DNA from: Chloropicon primus
Taxonomy: Eukaryota
Length of the DNA stretch: 64,000 bases
NCBI GenBank assembly: GCA_023205875.1
Contig: CP060756.1
Location: 930,001 to 994,000, forward strand
Reading direction: 5' to 3'
The notes under the pieces were generated by a model. That model saw only the letters and a program-made list of their open reading frames with translations. It was not told the origin of the DNA and made no database searches. The position numbers and the translations under genes were made by a program. Position 1 is the first letter of the stretch; each line of letters starts with the position of its first letter. Below, in pieces: positions 9,562 through 19,271 of the stretch.

Positions 9562-10980
9562 ATGAAGGCGAGCACTCGAAGGCGTGCGCGAGGCCTTGCG
9601 GCGTTCGCCGCCCTTTTCCTGACCGCCGCCTCCGCGATTACCCTGACCGCCGCCTCTCCTCCGGAGGTGGTCCTCTTCTCCGACGAGGACGTTTCGAGCT
9701 TCCGCGGGGAGTTCCTCGAGGACGGCCAGGGCGCGTTCTTCGACGGGAGCCTCGTGGTTTCCGGCGACGTCACGACGCTGGAGCCGCTCGCGGGCCTCGA
9801 GGAGGTCGCGGGCGACTTGACGATCGAGTACGCCCTGGTGGAGTCCCTCGCGGGGCTCGAGGGCGTCCGGTCCGTGGGCGGGAGCCTGGAGCTGAGGAAC
9901 AACCTGGACCTGGCGGACCTGCGGGGGCTGAGGAACCTGCGGAGCGTGGGCGGCCATCTGAACATCTACGTGAACGGGGGGCTCGGGAGCCTGGAGGGCC
10001 TGGAGGGCCTGGCCAGCGTGGGCGGGAAGCTCGACGTGGTCGCCAACGACAACCTGGAGGACCTGCGGCTGGGCAGCCTGGAGTCTGTCGGCGGGAGCTT
10101 GGAGGTCCTGGACAACTTCGTGCTGGCGTCCCTGGAGGGCCTCGAGAGCCTCGGGAGGGTCGGGGGGAACCTGTACGTGAACAGCAACCCGATGCTGGCC
10201 AGCGTGGCGGGCCTGGAGGCGCTCCAGGAGGTCGGGGGCAACTTCATGATAAAGAACAGCCCGAACCTCGACAGCTTGCTGCCCCTGGGGAGGTTCTCCG
10301 GGATCGGGGGCGACTTCATCGTGGAGGACACCGGCCTGACCTCCCTGGCGGGCCTGGAGAGCCTCTCGGTGGGCGGGAGCATCTGGATCACCAAGACCCT
10401 GCTGCCGAACCTCAAGGGCCTCGGGAGGCCCCCGGCCGGGACCCTGAACGGCAGCCTGATCCTCGTGGAGAACCCGAACCTCATGAGCCTCGACGGGCTG
10501 GAGAACCTCACCTCGGTGGAGGGGAAGGTGGACATCATCTCGAACGAGAACCTGGTGAGCCTGGAGGCACTGGGGCAGCTCGAGGAGATCTCGGGCGCCG
10601 CGGGGATGGCCATGGGCCTGGTCCCCGGCACCGGGGGGCTCACCGTGAGGAACAACCCCGAGATCAACGAGACCCTCGGGCTGGACCAGCTGCAGGCGAT
10701 CGGGGGGGACCTCGACGTGGCGTTCAACCCGAACTTGCGCGACCTCGGGCTCCCGGAGCTCGAGACGGTGGACGGCTTCGTCGCCGTGGTGGCAAACGAC
10801 AGGCTGATGTCCCTCGGCCTGGACAGCCTGGAGACGGCCGGCGGGCCGGTCACCGTGATCGAGAACGGCCCGATACTGGGCTTCGAGATCTCCAACGGCA
10901 CGGGGGAGTCCCTCATGATGGTCACCAAGAGGAACGCCAGCGCCTTTCGGGGAGGCAGCACCAGCGCCGGAGACGGCTAA
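9562..10980 (+). CDS. Secreted leucine-rich repeat / receptor L-domain-like protein
   Basis: N-terminal signal-peptide-like segment (LAAFAALFLTAASA); many ~23-25 aa repeats of the type LxGLExLxxVGGxLxIxxNxxL. Confidence 0.85.
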   Translation: MKASTRRRARGLAAFAALFLTAASAITLTAASPPEVVLFSDEDVSSFRGEFLEDGQGAFFDGSLVVSGDVTTLEPLAGLEEVAGDLTIEYALVESLAGLEGVRSVGGSLELRNNLDLADLRGLRNLRSVGGHLNIYVNGGLGSLEGLEGLASVGGKLDVVANDNLEDLRLGSLESVGGSLEVLDNFVLASLEGLESLGRVGGNLYVNSNPMLASVAGLEALQEVGGNFMIKNSPNLDSLLPLGRFSGIGGDFIVEDTGLTSLAGLESLSVGGSIWITKTLLPNLKGLGRPPAGTLNGSLILVENPNLMSLDGLENLTSVEGKVDIISNENLVSLEALGQLEEISGAAGMAMGLVPGTGGLTVRNNPEINETLGLDQLQAIGGDLDVAFNPNLRDLGLPELETVDGFVAVVANDRLMSLGLDSLETAGGPVTVIENGPILGFEISNGTGESLMMVTKRNASAFRGGSTSAGDG

Positions 10981-11312
10981 TTAAAGAAAGCAAGTCTTCA
11001 TTCACTCGATTTCATTCACTCTGTCCGAGTCAGTCCACCAAATTGAACTCTGGGGGGTTCCAGTGCCGACGATCCCACCGAAGAAAAAGCCAAAGCCAGC
11101 TCGAGCTGCCTCCGTTACAGTCTGAGTCTCCCCTCCTCCCCTCCAGGGCCTCCCCTTAGGTTTGGTCGCCTGGCGACGTCCTCCTCGAAAAAGAGTAGAA
11201 ATTCCTTACTAAAATCGAAATCCATGTTGACGCTGGCGAGAGAAAAAAGGAGAGAGAGAGAGAGAAAAGGAGAGAGAGTCGGCGGTGACGTGGGCGACTT
11301 TGAGCGAGCGAG

Positions 11313-12743
11313 ATGGCGATGGCGAGTGGAAGTGCGGCACGAAAGTGCGTCCTGGCGGCCCTGCGCAGGAGGGTGCAGCAGGACGGTACTGCGATGTTTG
11401 GCGCGACCAGAGGGTTCGCCTCGGAGGCCGGGAGGACGTACGGAAACCTCTCGGACGAGGACCGTATTTTTACCAACTTGTACGGCAAGCACGACCCGTT
11501 CCTGAAGGGGGCGTTGAAGAGGGGGGACTGGCACCGCACCAAGGACCTCGTGCTGATGGGTCGCGACTGGATCATTTCGGAGATGAAGGCGAGCGGGCTG
11601 CGCGGCCGAGGCGGTGCCGGCTTCCCGTCCGGGCTGAAGTGGAGCTTCATGCCCAAGGACGTGCCTGACGGGAGGCCCTCGTACCTCGTCGTGAACGCGG
11701 ACGAGAGCGAGCCCGGAACTTGCAAGGACAGGGAGATCATGCGCCACGACCCGCACAAGCTCGTGGAGGGCTGCCTCATCGCGGGCGTTGGCATGGGCGC
11801 CAGGGCGGGGTACATTTACATTCGAGGGGAGTACGTGAACGAGCGCTTGGCGTTGGAGAAGGCCGTCGCGGAGGCGTACGAGGCCGGGCTCATCGGAAAG
11901 AACGCGTGCGGCACCGGGTACGACTACGACTTGTACGTCCACCACGGCGCTGGCGCCTACATCTGCGGAGAGGAGACCGCGCTCATCGAGAGCTTGGAGG
12001 GCAAGACCGGCAAGCCGAGGCTGAAGCCGCCGTTCCCGGCCGGCGTGGGCCTGTACGGCTGCCCGACGACCGTGACGAACGTGGAGACGGTGGCCGTGGC
12101 CCCGACCATCCTCCGCCGCGGCCCGGACTGGTTCAACTCCTTTGGCAGGCCCAACAACGCGGGAACCAAGCTGTTCTGCATCTCGGGCCACGTCAACAGG
12201 CCTTGCACGGTGGAGGAGGAGATGTCCATCCCCCTCAAGGAGCTCATCGAGAGGCACTGTGGCGGCGTCGTGGGCGGCTGGGACAACCTCCTGGCGATCA
12301 TCCCGGGGGGCTCCTCGGTGCCTCTGCTGCCGAAGCACGTCTGCGACGACGTCCTCATGGACTTTGACGCCCTCAAGGAGGTCCAGTCCGGCCTCGGGAC
12401 CGCCGCGGTGATCGTGATGAACAAGAGCACCGACATCGTCGCAGCGATCAGCAGGCTCTCGTACTTTTACAAGCACGAGTCCTGCGGCCAGTGCACCCCC
12501 TGCAGGGAGGGAGCCCCCTGGCTGTTCGAGATGATGGAGAGGATGCGGGTCGGAGACGCCAGGCTCGAGGAGATCGACATGCTCCACGAGATCACCAAGC
12601 AGATCGAGGGCCACACCATCTGCGCCCTCGGGGACGCCGCCGCCTGGCCGGTCCAGGGACTCATCAGGCACTTCAGGCCGGAGATCGAGTCCAGGATCAA
12701 CCAGTTCAGCGACAAGCAGCAGATCGCGGCCTCCTCCAGCTAA
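11313..12743 (+). CDS. NDUFV1: NADH:ubiquinone oxidoreductase 51 kDa flavoprotein subunit
   Basis: [62 protein letters not shown]. Confidence 0.98.
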   Translation: MAMASGSAARKCVLAALRRRVQQDGTAMFGATRGFASEAGRTYGNLSDEDRIFTNLYGKHDPFLKGALKRGDWHRTKDLVLMGRDWIISEMKASGLRGRGGAGFPSGLKWSFMPKDVPDGRPSYLVVNADESEPGTCKDREIMRHDPHKLVEGCLIAGVGMGARAGYIYIRGEYVNERLALEKAVAEAYEAGLIGKNACGTGYDYDLYVHHGAGAYICGEETALIESLEGKTGKPRLKPPFPAGVGLYGCPTTVTNVETVAVAPTILRRGPDWFNSFGRPNNAGTKLFCISGHVNRPCTVEEEMSIPLKELIERHCGGVVGGWDNLLAIIPGGSSVPLLPKHVCDDVLMDFDALKEVQSGLGTAAVIVMNKSTDIVAAISRLSYFYKHESCGQCTPCREGAPWLFEMMERMRVGDARLEEIDMLHEITKQIEGHTICALGDAAAWPVQGLIRHFRPEIESRINQFSDKQQIAASSS

Positions 12744-13299
12744 GGGGGGAGGTTCGAGTCCCAGGCTCGTTACGTTCGGCGCGAGGAGCGACTCCCGAGA
12801 GAGAGAAGGGGAGTCTGCGTGTAAGCTACAATACTATTTTTATAAGGAACACGACCGACAAAAAAGGAAAGTAATGAATTGATTTTTTTTTTCGTGCGCC
12901 TGCGATTTTCCCTCCCCTTCTTCTTCGGCTTGGACTACTGCTCCACCCTCATTCACCCGGACATTCTCCCGACATTCTCTCTCCGTCTCCAACCTCAAAA
13001 TCTCCAAAACTAATACCTACGACTATTCCGAGGATATTCCAATCTGATAATATTGAAAATGGGCCACACAAACGCGAAACTGGAGGTGAGCCAAGGCGCA
13101 GAAGACCGGGAGGGCCGACGCCGCGCCCACGACCACGAGACGACGAGGGGAGAGGAGAGGGAGCGTTTCTCGAGGGCCGAGCCTTGGACGGTGGCGACGC
13201 GCGCGCGAGTCGTTTTTTTGGGGGGGGGTCGGTTGCCGCGCGGCGGTTACGAAGCGACGGCCGGGAGGATCTTAACGGTTTTGTGTGTTGGGGAGAGCC

Positions 13300-14724
13300 A
13301 TGGCGTCGTGGTCGCCTGAGGAGGAGGGTGGGGACTTGGAGGGCGGATCCTCGCAGGGCGGCTCCTCGCCCTCGTCCCCCTCGGTCCGCGACAAGATCGC
13401 GCTGGGCCTGGCGGCGGTGAAGAGGAACCTGGCCAAGGCGTTCAGCGACCCGGGATCCGGCGAGGGCCCGCGGAGGGACGGGGACCTCTCCCCGGAGGTC
13501 TCGCCCACGCAGAGGAAGCTGGGCCCGAACTCGAGCATCCCGCGGGGCGGAGTCGTGGGGTGCGAGGTGACCAGGATGAGCAAGAAGGAGGGCCGGCGCC
13601 GGAGGGGGCGGGTGTGGGCGGACCACGCGGACGCGCTGGCGCCCGCGGCGGCGGGGGCGGAGGCGTCCCTGCCGCTCTGGCTCCTCCCCAGGGCGGACTC
13701 GAAGCAGCGGCAGCCCGACTGGGCGGACGGCCTCCCCCCGGACTTCCTGGAGAGGCTCGCCCACCAGCTGAACGAGTCGTGCTCCACGGAGGAGTGGGAC
13801 ACGGTGCAGAACGTGTACAACGCCTCCGCGGTGTGCCGGACGTGGCGGGCCGCGATCCGCCGGGCGTGCTTCGAGCGGTCGGCGCTGCGAACGTCCCAGA
13901 ACACCCCGAGGGCGAGCAGGAAGCGCGCGGTCAGGAGGACCCTGTCGGACAGGATGCTCTGCCACCCCTCCCAGCTGATCGAGAGGCTGGCCACGACGGA
14001 GGACACCATCCACTGCTACATCGTGAGGGAGAAGACCAGGGGGCCGTTCTCGTACAAGAGGTACAGACTCGTTCTCGGCGAGGACTACTCGAAGCAGGGA
14101 AAGACGCTCCTGGTGGCCAACCACCACCTGCTCGCCACCAAGTCGGCCTACAACATCTACCTGAGCTCGAGCGAGGAAGCCTACAGCTCGAGCAAGAGGC
14201 TCGGGCACCTGCAGTCCAGCCCCTACGGGACCACCTTCGAGCTGCACTCGGCCACCAAGATGAGCGGCTCGGGCTCGGTCAGGAGGACCAAGTCGGGGAA
14301 CATCAAGTACAGCTTCAACATGCTGGGCGGCCGGGGGCCGCGGAGCGTCCAGGTCAACCTCGCGGACGAGGAAGCGCTCGGCGCGGGGGGCGTTGGACCA
14401 GACGAGCACCCCCCTCGAGAGGAGAGCAGCGGTGCGGGCGACGGCTGGGGGCACGACGAGCCGGAGACCGTCCTCGAGAACAAGCTTCCGAGGTGGCACG
14501 AGCTCCTCCAGTGCTGGTGCTTGGACTTCGGCGGCAGAGTCAAGTGCGCTTCGGTCAAGAACTTCCAGCTGGTGAGCAGGGACGACCCGGACGAGATCAT
14601 CTTGCAGTTCGGCAAGGTCGAACCGGACGTCTTCACCATGGACTTCAAGCCAAAGCTCTTGTCCGCGCAGCAGGCGTTCATGATCTGCCTCAGTTCCTTC
14701 GACTCCAAGCTGTCCTGCTTTTGA
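13300..14724 (+). CDS. Plant-type Tubby-like F-box protein
   Basis: F-box (WADGLPPDFL...SAVCRTWR) plus Tubby domain (RGPR, LENKLPRW, CWCLDFGGRVKCASVKNFQLV, LQFGK...FTMDF, SSFDSKLSC). Confidence 0.92.
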   Translation: MASWSPEEEGGDLEGGSSQGGSSPSSPSVRDKIALGLAAVKRNLAKAFSDPGSGEGPRRDGDLSPEVSPTQRKLGPNSSIPRGGVVGCEVTRMSKKEGRRRRGRVWADHADALAPAAAGAEASLPLWLLPRADSKQRQPDWADGLPPDFLERLAHQLNESCSTEEWDTVQNVYNASAVCRTWRAAIRRACFERSALRTSQNTPRASRKRAVRRTLSDRMLCHPSQLIERLATTEDTIHCYIVREKTRGPFSYKRYRLVLGEDYSKQGKTLLVANHHLLATKSAYNIYLSSSEEAYSSSKRLGHLQSSPYGTTFELHSATKMSGSGSVRRTKSGNIKYSFNMLGGRGPRSVQVNLADEEALGAGGVGPDEHPPREESSGAGDGWGHDEPETVLENKLPRWHELLQCWCLDFGGRVKCASVKNFQLVSRDDPDEIILQFGKVEPDVFTMDFKPKLLSAQQAFMICLSSFDSKLSCF

Positions 14725-15014
14725 GGAAGCGACTGTTATTTTCTCAAGGAACGACGAAACTAATAATCTATTTTCACGCACAAACGAGCCACACAAAAAA
14801 ACGTTATATTTTTCACCGCCGCCCTCCCCCGATTGCTGTTCACGCCAAGAGAAGAAGGAGACCATCCATCCATCATCCCATCACCGGTATTCCCCCCCCC
14901 CTTCAAACCACCCAAGCTCGATTGTGAATTTCAAATCGGCGATCGACAGCCAGAGAGAGAGAGCCTGTGTCGTGGTGGTAACGGACAAGTGAGCTCGGCG
15001 TAACGCGCGCGACA

Positions 15015-16925
15015 ATGAGGCATAGGAAGAAGGAGAGGAGGGCGCAGAAGGCCCGTGCGGCCGGGAAAGCGGCGACCAAGGGCGGGCGGAGGGCAAGCCA
15101 GGGAAAAGGGCGCGCGCGGCCTTTGGCTGACTTGAGCATCACGGAGAACGTGGAGGAGGCGAAAAGGCTGTCGGAGCTCGTGCAGGCCCACGCGGACCTC
15201 GACCTCGCGGAGATGCAAAGGGGCGTCGAGGTGGCGGATGAGGACATGAAGGAGAACCAGAGCCCTTGCACGCACTACTATACCGCGGGGGACGAGGGCG
15301 ACGCGGCGTCGTTCGCCCTCATGTCGACGGATCGCTCCAGGGGAAGGGAGAAGGTCGACTCCTCCCCTCTCGTGACCCTGAGGGAGAAGCTGAGCACGAT
15401 CACCACCACCCCGGTGCTGAGGCGCGTGTACTCCCCCACCAGAAAGGGTTACGGGGTCCGGTCCAGGAGCGGAAAGAAGCCGCCGAGGATACAGATCACC
15501 AAGCGCGAGATGTCCTCCTCCCAGGAGGTCAAGGCGCTCATCCAGATGAGGAGGCTTCTTGACGGCTACGTCTCGGTGGACCGCGTGCAGGACCTGGTGG
15601 CCGACCACGAGGAGGAGGGGGTCGAACAGGAGTACCCCAGGCTCCTCATCGACGGCATGGAAATCGGAAACCTCGAGGAGGTCATGGAGCTGGAAGCCGC
15701 CGGCTTCCTCGGCCAGATGTTGGCGTCCTCGTCGTTCACCAAAGGGTTCCTGGAGGCCGGGCCGTGCCCGCCCGGAGCGAGCGAGGTGCAGATCCAATTC
15801 GCAGAGGCCTCGAAGTATGCTCACTCCGCGGTGGAGGAGCTGCGCCGCAGCCTGGACACCGTGGAGAAGAAAATCCTCCAGCAGTCGGAAGTCTCGGAAG
15901 TCCTCTCTTTCGGGAAGAGGAGGAGCTCCATCCTGTCCGGTGCTGTGAAGAAACCCGCGAAGATGCGGCTGCATCACTCGTGGGATGCGACTGGCAAGTC
16001 CATCGGCCTTTCGGGGAGCAAGAGGGCCTCCGAGGAAGTCAAGCGCAGCTGGGGCGACTGGGAGTGGCCCTCCACGCAGGCCCTGCTCCGGGAGGACGTG
16101 GTGGGCTCCGATGACCTCGACGCCGCGATGAAATCCCCTTCGGGGGTGAAGGACTCCATCAAGTACCTGAGCAGCGAGGCCAAGGGCGGCGATGATCCCC
16201 ACACCGAGCTTGACGAGTACCTGGAGAGCCTCTTGAAGGAAGAGCGCGGCATTGGCACGAGCGAGCCGTGCGGTCGGGACCGCGTCCTCCGCAAGGAGGC
16301 GGGGTCTGCTCCAAAGGAAGTCGAGGTCGAGGCGAGTGACGACGCAGAGCCGAGAAGCAGCTTCAGGTGGAAGCACTTTCTGCTCGGAGTGGTCGCGGTC
16401 CCAGCCGTCGTGATGATCGCCACCCAGGGCGTGGCCCCCTTGGTCTGCACGGCGGCGAGGGCGGTCCGCCAGTCGAGGGCGAAGAGGAAAAAGTTTCAGA
16501 ACCTCATCGAGAGCAACCTCTTGGGCATCGAGACCCCGGTCTCGTTCGCAAGCGTGAGCAGGAGGGGAGAAAAGTATGCGAGCGGAGGAGGCCAATCTGA
16601 CGGTTCCGGGTCGTCCGCCAGCCCGGCCAGGAAGCTCTTCGACCTCGGAGCGGGGATCCAGCAGAGGCTTTGGAGGTACGCGGGCAAAATCGTGGAGATG
16701 CTCGGCGGAGTTCCAAAGCTCTCCTGGAGAGACTCTGCGAGGAGGTACATTTGCTTGGAGGCCGGGGACTCGCTTTGGGGGATCTCGGACGAGCTCTACG
16801 GGGACGGAAGCCACTGGAAGCGCATCGCGGACCACAACAAGCTCAAGTTTCCCTTCAAATTGCTGCCCGGCCACTGCTTGGAGCTCCCGCCCAGCCTAGA
16901 GTCCCACCTCCAGGGGATGGGCTGA
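15015..16925 (+). CDS. Membrane-anchored protein with C-terminal LysM domain
   Basis: Hydrophobic segment FLLGVVAVPAVVMIA; C-terminal LEAGDSLWGISDELYGDGSHWKRIADHN...LLPGHCLELP matches the LysM pattern. Confidence 0.8.
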   Translation: MRHRKKERRAQKARAAGKAATKGGRRASQGKGRARPLADLSITENVEEAKRLSELVQAHADLDLAEMQRGVEVADEDMKENQSPCTHYYTAGDEGDAASFALMSTDRSRGREKVDSSPLVTLREKLSTITTTPVLRRVYSPTRKGYGVRSRSGKKPPRIQITKREMSSSQEVKALIQMRRLLDGYVSVDRVQDLVADHEEEGVEQEYPRLLIDGMEIGNLEEVMELEAAGFLGQMLASSSFTKGFLEAGPCPPGASEVQIQFAEASKYAHSAVEELRRSLDTVEKKILQQSEVSEVLSFGKRRSSILSGAVKKPAKMRLHHSWDATGKSIGLSGSKRASEEVKRSWGDWEWPSTQALLREDVVGSDDLDAAMKSPSGVKDSIKYLSSEAKGGDDPHTELDEYLESLLKEERGIGTSEPCGRDRVLRKEAGSAPKEVEVEASDDAEPRSSFRWKHFLLGVVAVPAVVMIATQGVAPLVCTAARAVRQSRAKRKKFQNLIESNLLGIETPVSFASVSRRGEKYASGGGQSDGSGSSASPARKLFDLGAGIQQRLWRYAGKIVEMLGGVPKLSWRDSARRYICLEAGDSLWGISDELYGDGSHWKRIADHNKLKFPFKLLPGHCLELPPSLESHLQGMG

Positions 16926-17115
16926 AGGTTTGGGGTCCACGAGCAGCCTCTTCTCTCCGCAATGACAGCGTAGCATGCATGCGTAAAACGAACGAACGAA
17001 CGAACGAATGGAAAAAAATCTCAAGCCTCTTCCTTTCAACAATCACCCCGCGTCGTCTCTGTTTCTATGTCTATGTCTATACTACACCGCGGACACCTGG
17101 TCGGGCCCATTAACA

Positions 17116-18060
17116 TCAGTTGCCTCCGAGTCTCTGTCCCCGCCCCCTGAAGACGCCCGCGGGCCCCTGCCTCTGCACGTAGGACTGGCTCACGTGGCCG
17201 GCGTTGGTCCAGGCGATGAACTTGTGCACGAACTCCGGCGGCTCCATCGCCTGCCTCGTGTTCGGATTCAGCTCCGTGAGGAAGTAGTGCAGGTGGCCCG
17301 TGAAGATTCCGAACAGGTCCTGCCACGGGCTGCCCCCGAGCACCATGTTGATCATCAGGAAGGCCCACGGCAAGTAAAAGCCCTGGACCTGGAAAAGGCC
17401 CATGATGCTGACGTTCTGCGTCGGGTAGTGCTTGCTCCAGACGTACAGGAGCATGAACACGAAGGGGCCGTTGAGGACGATGAGGTTGAAGCCCGGCAGG
17501 GCCAGGGAGATGCTCAGCAGGGTGAGGGCCCCGAACAGGAGCATGTAGAGGAACTCGGGGGTCTTGAACTGGAACACCCCCTTCTCCAGGCCCACCCCGT
17601 AGTTGTGGATGAGGATGACCCTCATCAGAAAGTTCCAGGAGAAGCCGCCGATGATGAAGAAGCACGTGACGAGTCGCCAGATCTGATTGTCGCGCGCGAG
17701 AGCAGCGGCAGCGGCACGCGGTTGTTAGTCAGTGTTTGTGTTTTGGGGGGGAGACCGGGAGACAGGCCACGACGCACCTGGAACTTCTGGAAGACCATCC
17801 TCCAGTCGAGGACGAGGTAGAACGGATCCACCACGTTGAACTCCATCGCTATCGTCGTCGCCACGCACGCCGTGCCGAAGAACCTTGGCCCATTTTTTTT
17901 TAGGTTGTGGGGACGAGGAGGAAGAAGAAGAAGAAGTTCAGTCCGTGCCCGTCCGCCGCAGCGCCAATGTTCCGGAACAGCGACGGGAAACGGAAGAGCC
18001 TCCTCACCTCGTGATTGTCGGCAGAGTGTTGTACCACTCCGCCGGACCGCTGGACGCCAT
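17116..18060 (-). CDS. DER1: Derlin (ERAD component); exons 18060-18008, 17883-17778, 17682-17116
   Basis: Spliced product MASSGPAEWYNTLPTITR|FFGT...KFQ|IWRLVTCFF...YVWSK...YLPW...GHLHYFL...FRGRGQRLG (SHP box). Both GT-AG introns preserve frame. Confidence 0.93.
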
Positions 18061-18205
18061 CGCAAGCGAGTGAGAGAGCGAAGGACAACCTCTCCACCCA
18101 CAAACAAACGACGAAAACTCTCTCTCTCTGTGTGTGTGTCTGTGTGCGTGTGCGTGTGCGTGGTCCGCCGCCCCCTCGTCGTCAAAGCAATGGAGGGACA
18201 CTGGA

Positions 18206-18235
18206 GGATCGGATCGGATCGGATCGGATCGGATC
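18206..18235. repeat. (GGATC)6 pentanucleotide repeat upstream of Derlin
   Basis: Six perfect copies. Confidence 0.95.
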
Positions 18236-18656
18236 GTCCAGCGAGGCGACCGAGCAGAGCAACGCGCGCCAACAAGCAAGAGCAAGCGCCGCTCGGATAT
18301 ATATTATTTATATTTTGATATAGGTCGTCGTGTGGGTGTTCTCTTTGGACACTGAAAAAGACATATCCCCACGTGATGATCTCGTGGAGATTTTTTTTTA
18401 CCAAATCTTGGAAACTTGGGCGAAAGGTGGGATTCTCTGTTCTGTTTGTGTAGAAAACCTCAAGCTGCTGAGGATAAGCCTGAAGAGCCTGAGGGAGAAG
18501 AGACCCAGGAGCGAGAGGTCAGGAAGGAAACGAGTGGACCAAGAGCGACCGCGCAAGCTTTGTTGTGGAGTTGTGTGTCGGAGTTGTGTGTGTTTCAAGT
18601 TGTCTTGCGTGCGTGCGTTCGTGTGTGTGAGAGAGTTTGGTGTTTGTTGAGAAGCG

Positions 18657-19025
18657 ATGTTGAGAAACGTTTTGAGCAAGGCGAGTGGGGTGAGGAGCGC
18701 GGTGGGGAGGCCCTCGTTCGAGCAGGCGGTTGGATTGTGGGCTGCGGGTGGGCAGGGTCACCAGCACGGCGCGTTCTGCGAGTGCGGAGGGTGCAGGGGT
18801 GCGCAGACGAGGGGTCTGGTGAACGCCCAGGCGGCGGAGCTCCAGGAGTCCCTGGCCCAAGCCCCCAAGAAGTCGGACGGCCAAGCCACCCCCCTGGTGA
18901 CGGAGAAGTCATCCTCCTCGACCAGCCAGAGCGAGGCCGAGCAGATGATGAGCGCGGGCCAGCCCCCAAAGCTGGAGAAGAAGAGGAAGGTCGGAAACAG
19001 CTTCAGGGACCTCGGGTGCTACTGA
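18657..19025 (+). CDS. Small hypothetical protein with mitochondrial-type presequence and His/Cys cluster
   Basis: ATG-initiated 122 aa ORF with coding-like codon use, in an otherwise empty gap; starts MLRNVLSKASGVRS; contains HQHGAFCECGGC. Confidence 0.65.
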   Translation: MLRNVLSKASGVRSAVGRPSFEQAVGLWAAGGQGHQHGAFCECGGCRGAQTRGLVNAQAAELQESLAQAPKKSDGQATPLVTEKSSSSTSQSEAEQMMSAGQPPKLEKKRKVGNSFRDLGCY

Positions 19026-19271
19026 GCGCCTCCTCAAGAAGGGACACACGGAGATGGATTTTGCAAGAAGTAGAGAGAAAGAAGGGGAGCGAGTCGACCG
19101 AGGATGAAAAGGTCCCTTCCTCTTCGTCCTCTTCGTCCTCCCCTCGCCCCTATTATACAACAAAGGTAAACTATAAAGGTATACAACAAACAAGACTTTT
19201 TTTTTTATCCTTCTTTTTCTTTCTCCCTCCCTCCGTCCCTCCCTTCAACCCGCGAAGAGGAAGACTCCCTG

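Noticed and set aside
12751..12762. GGTTCGAGTCCC, a tRNA T-loop/B-box-like sequence after the NDUFV1 stop
   Set aside because: The flanks do not form a 5-bp T-stem, and no acceptor stem, D-arm or anticodon arm is visible.
19014..19072. GCY-TGA ending of the small ORF as a possible selenocysteine readthrough
   Set aside because: Not a recognised CxxU/GCU redox motif, and I saw no SECIS-like element in the downstream sequence.
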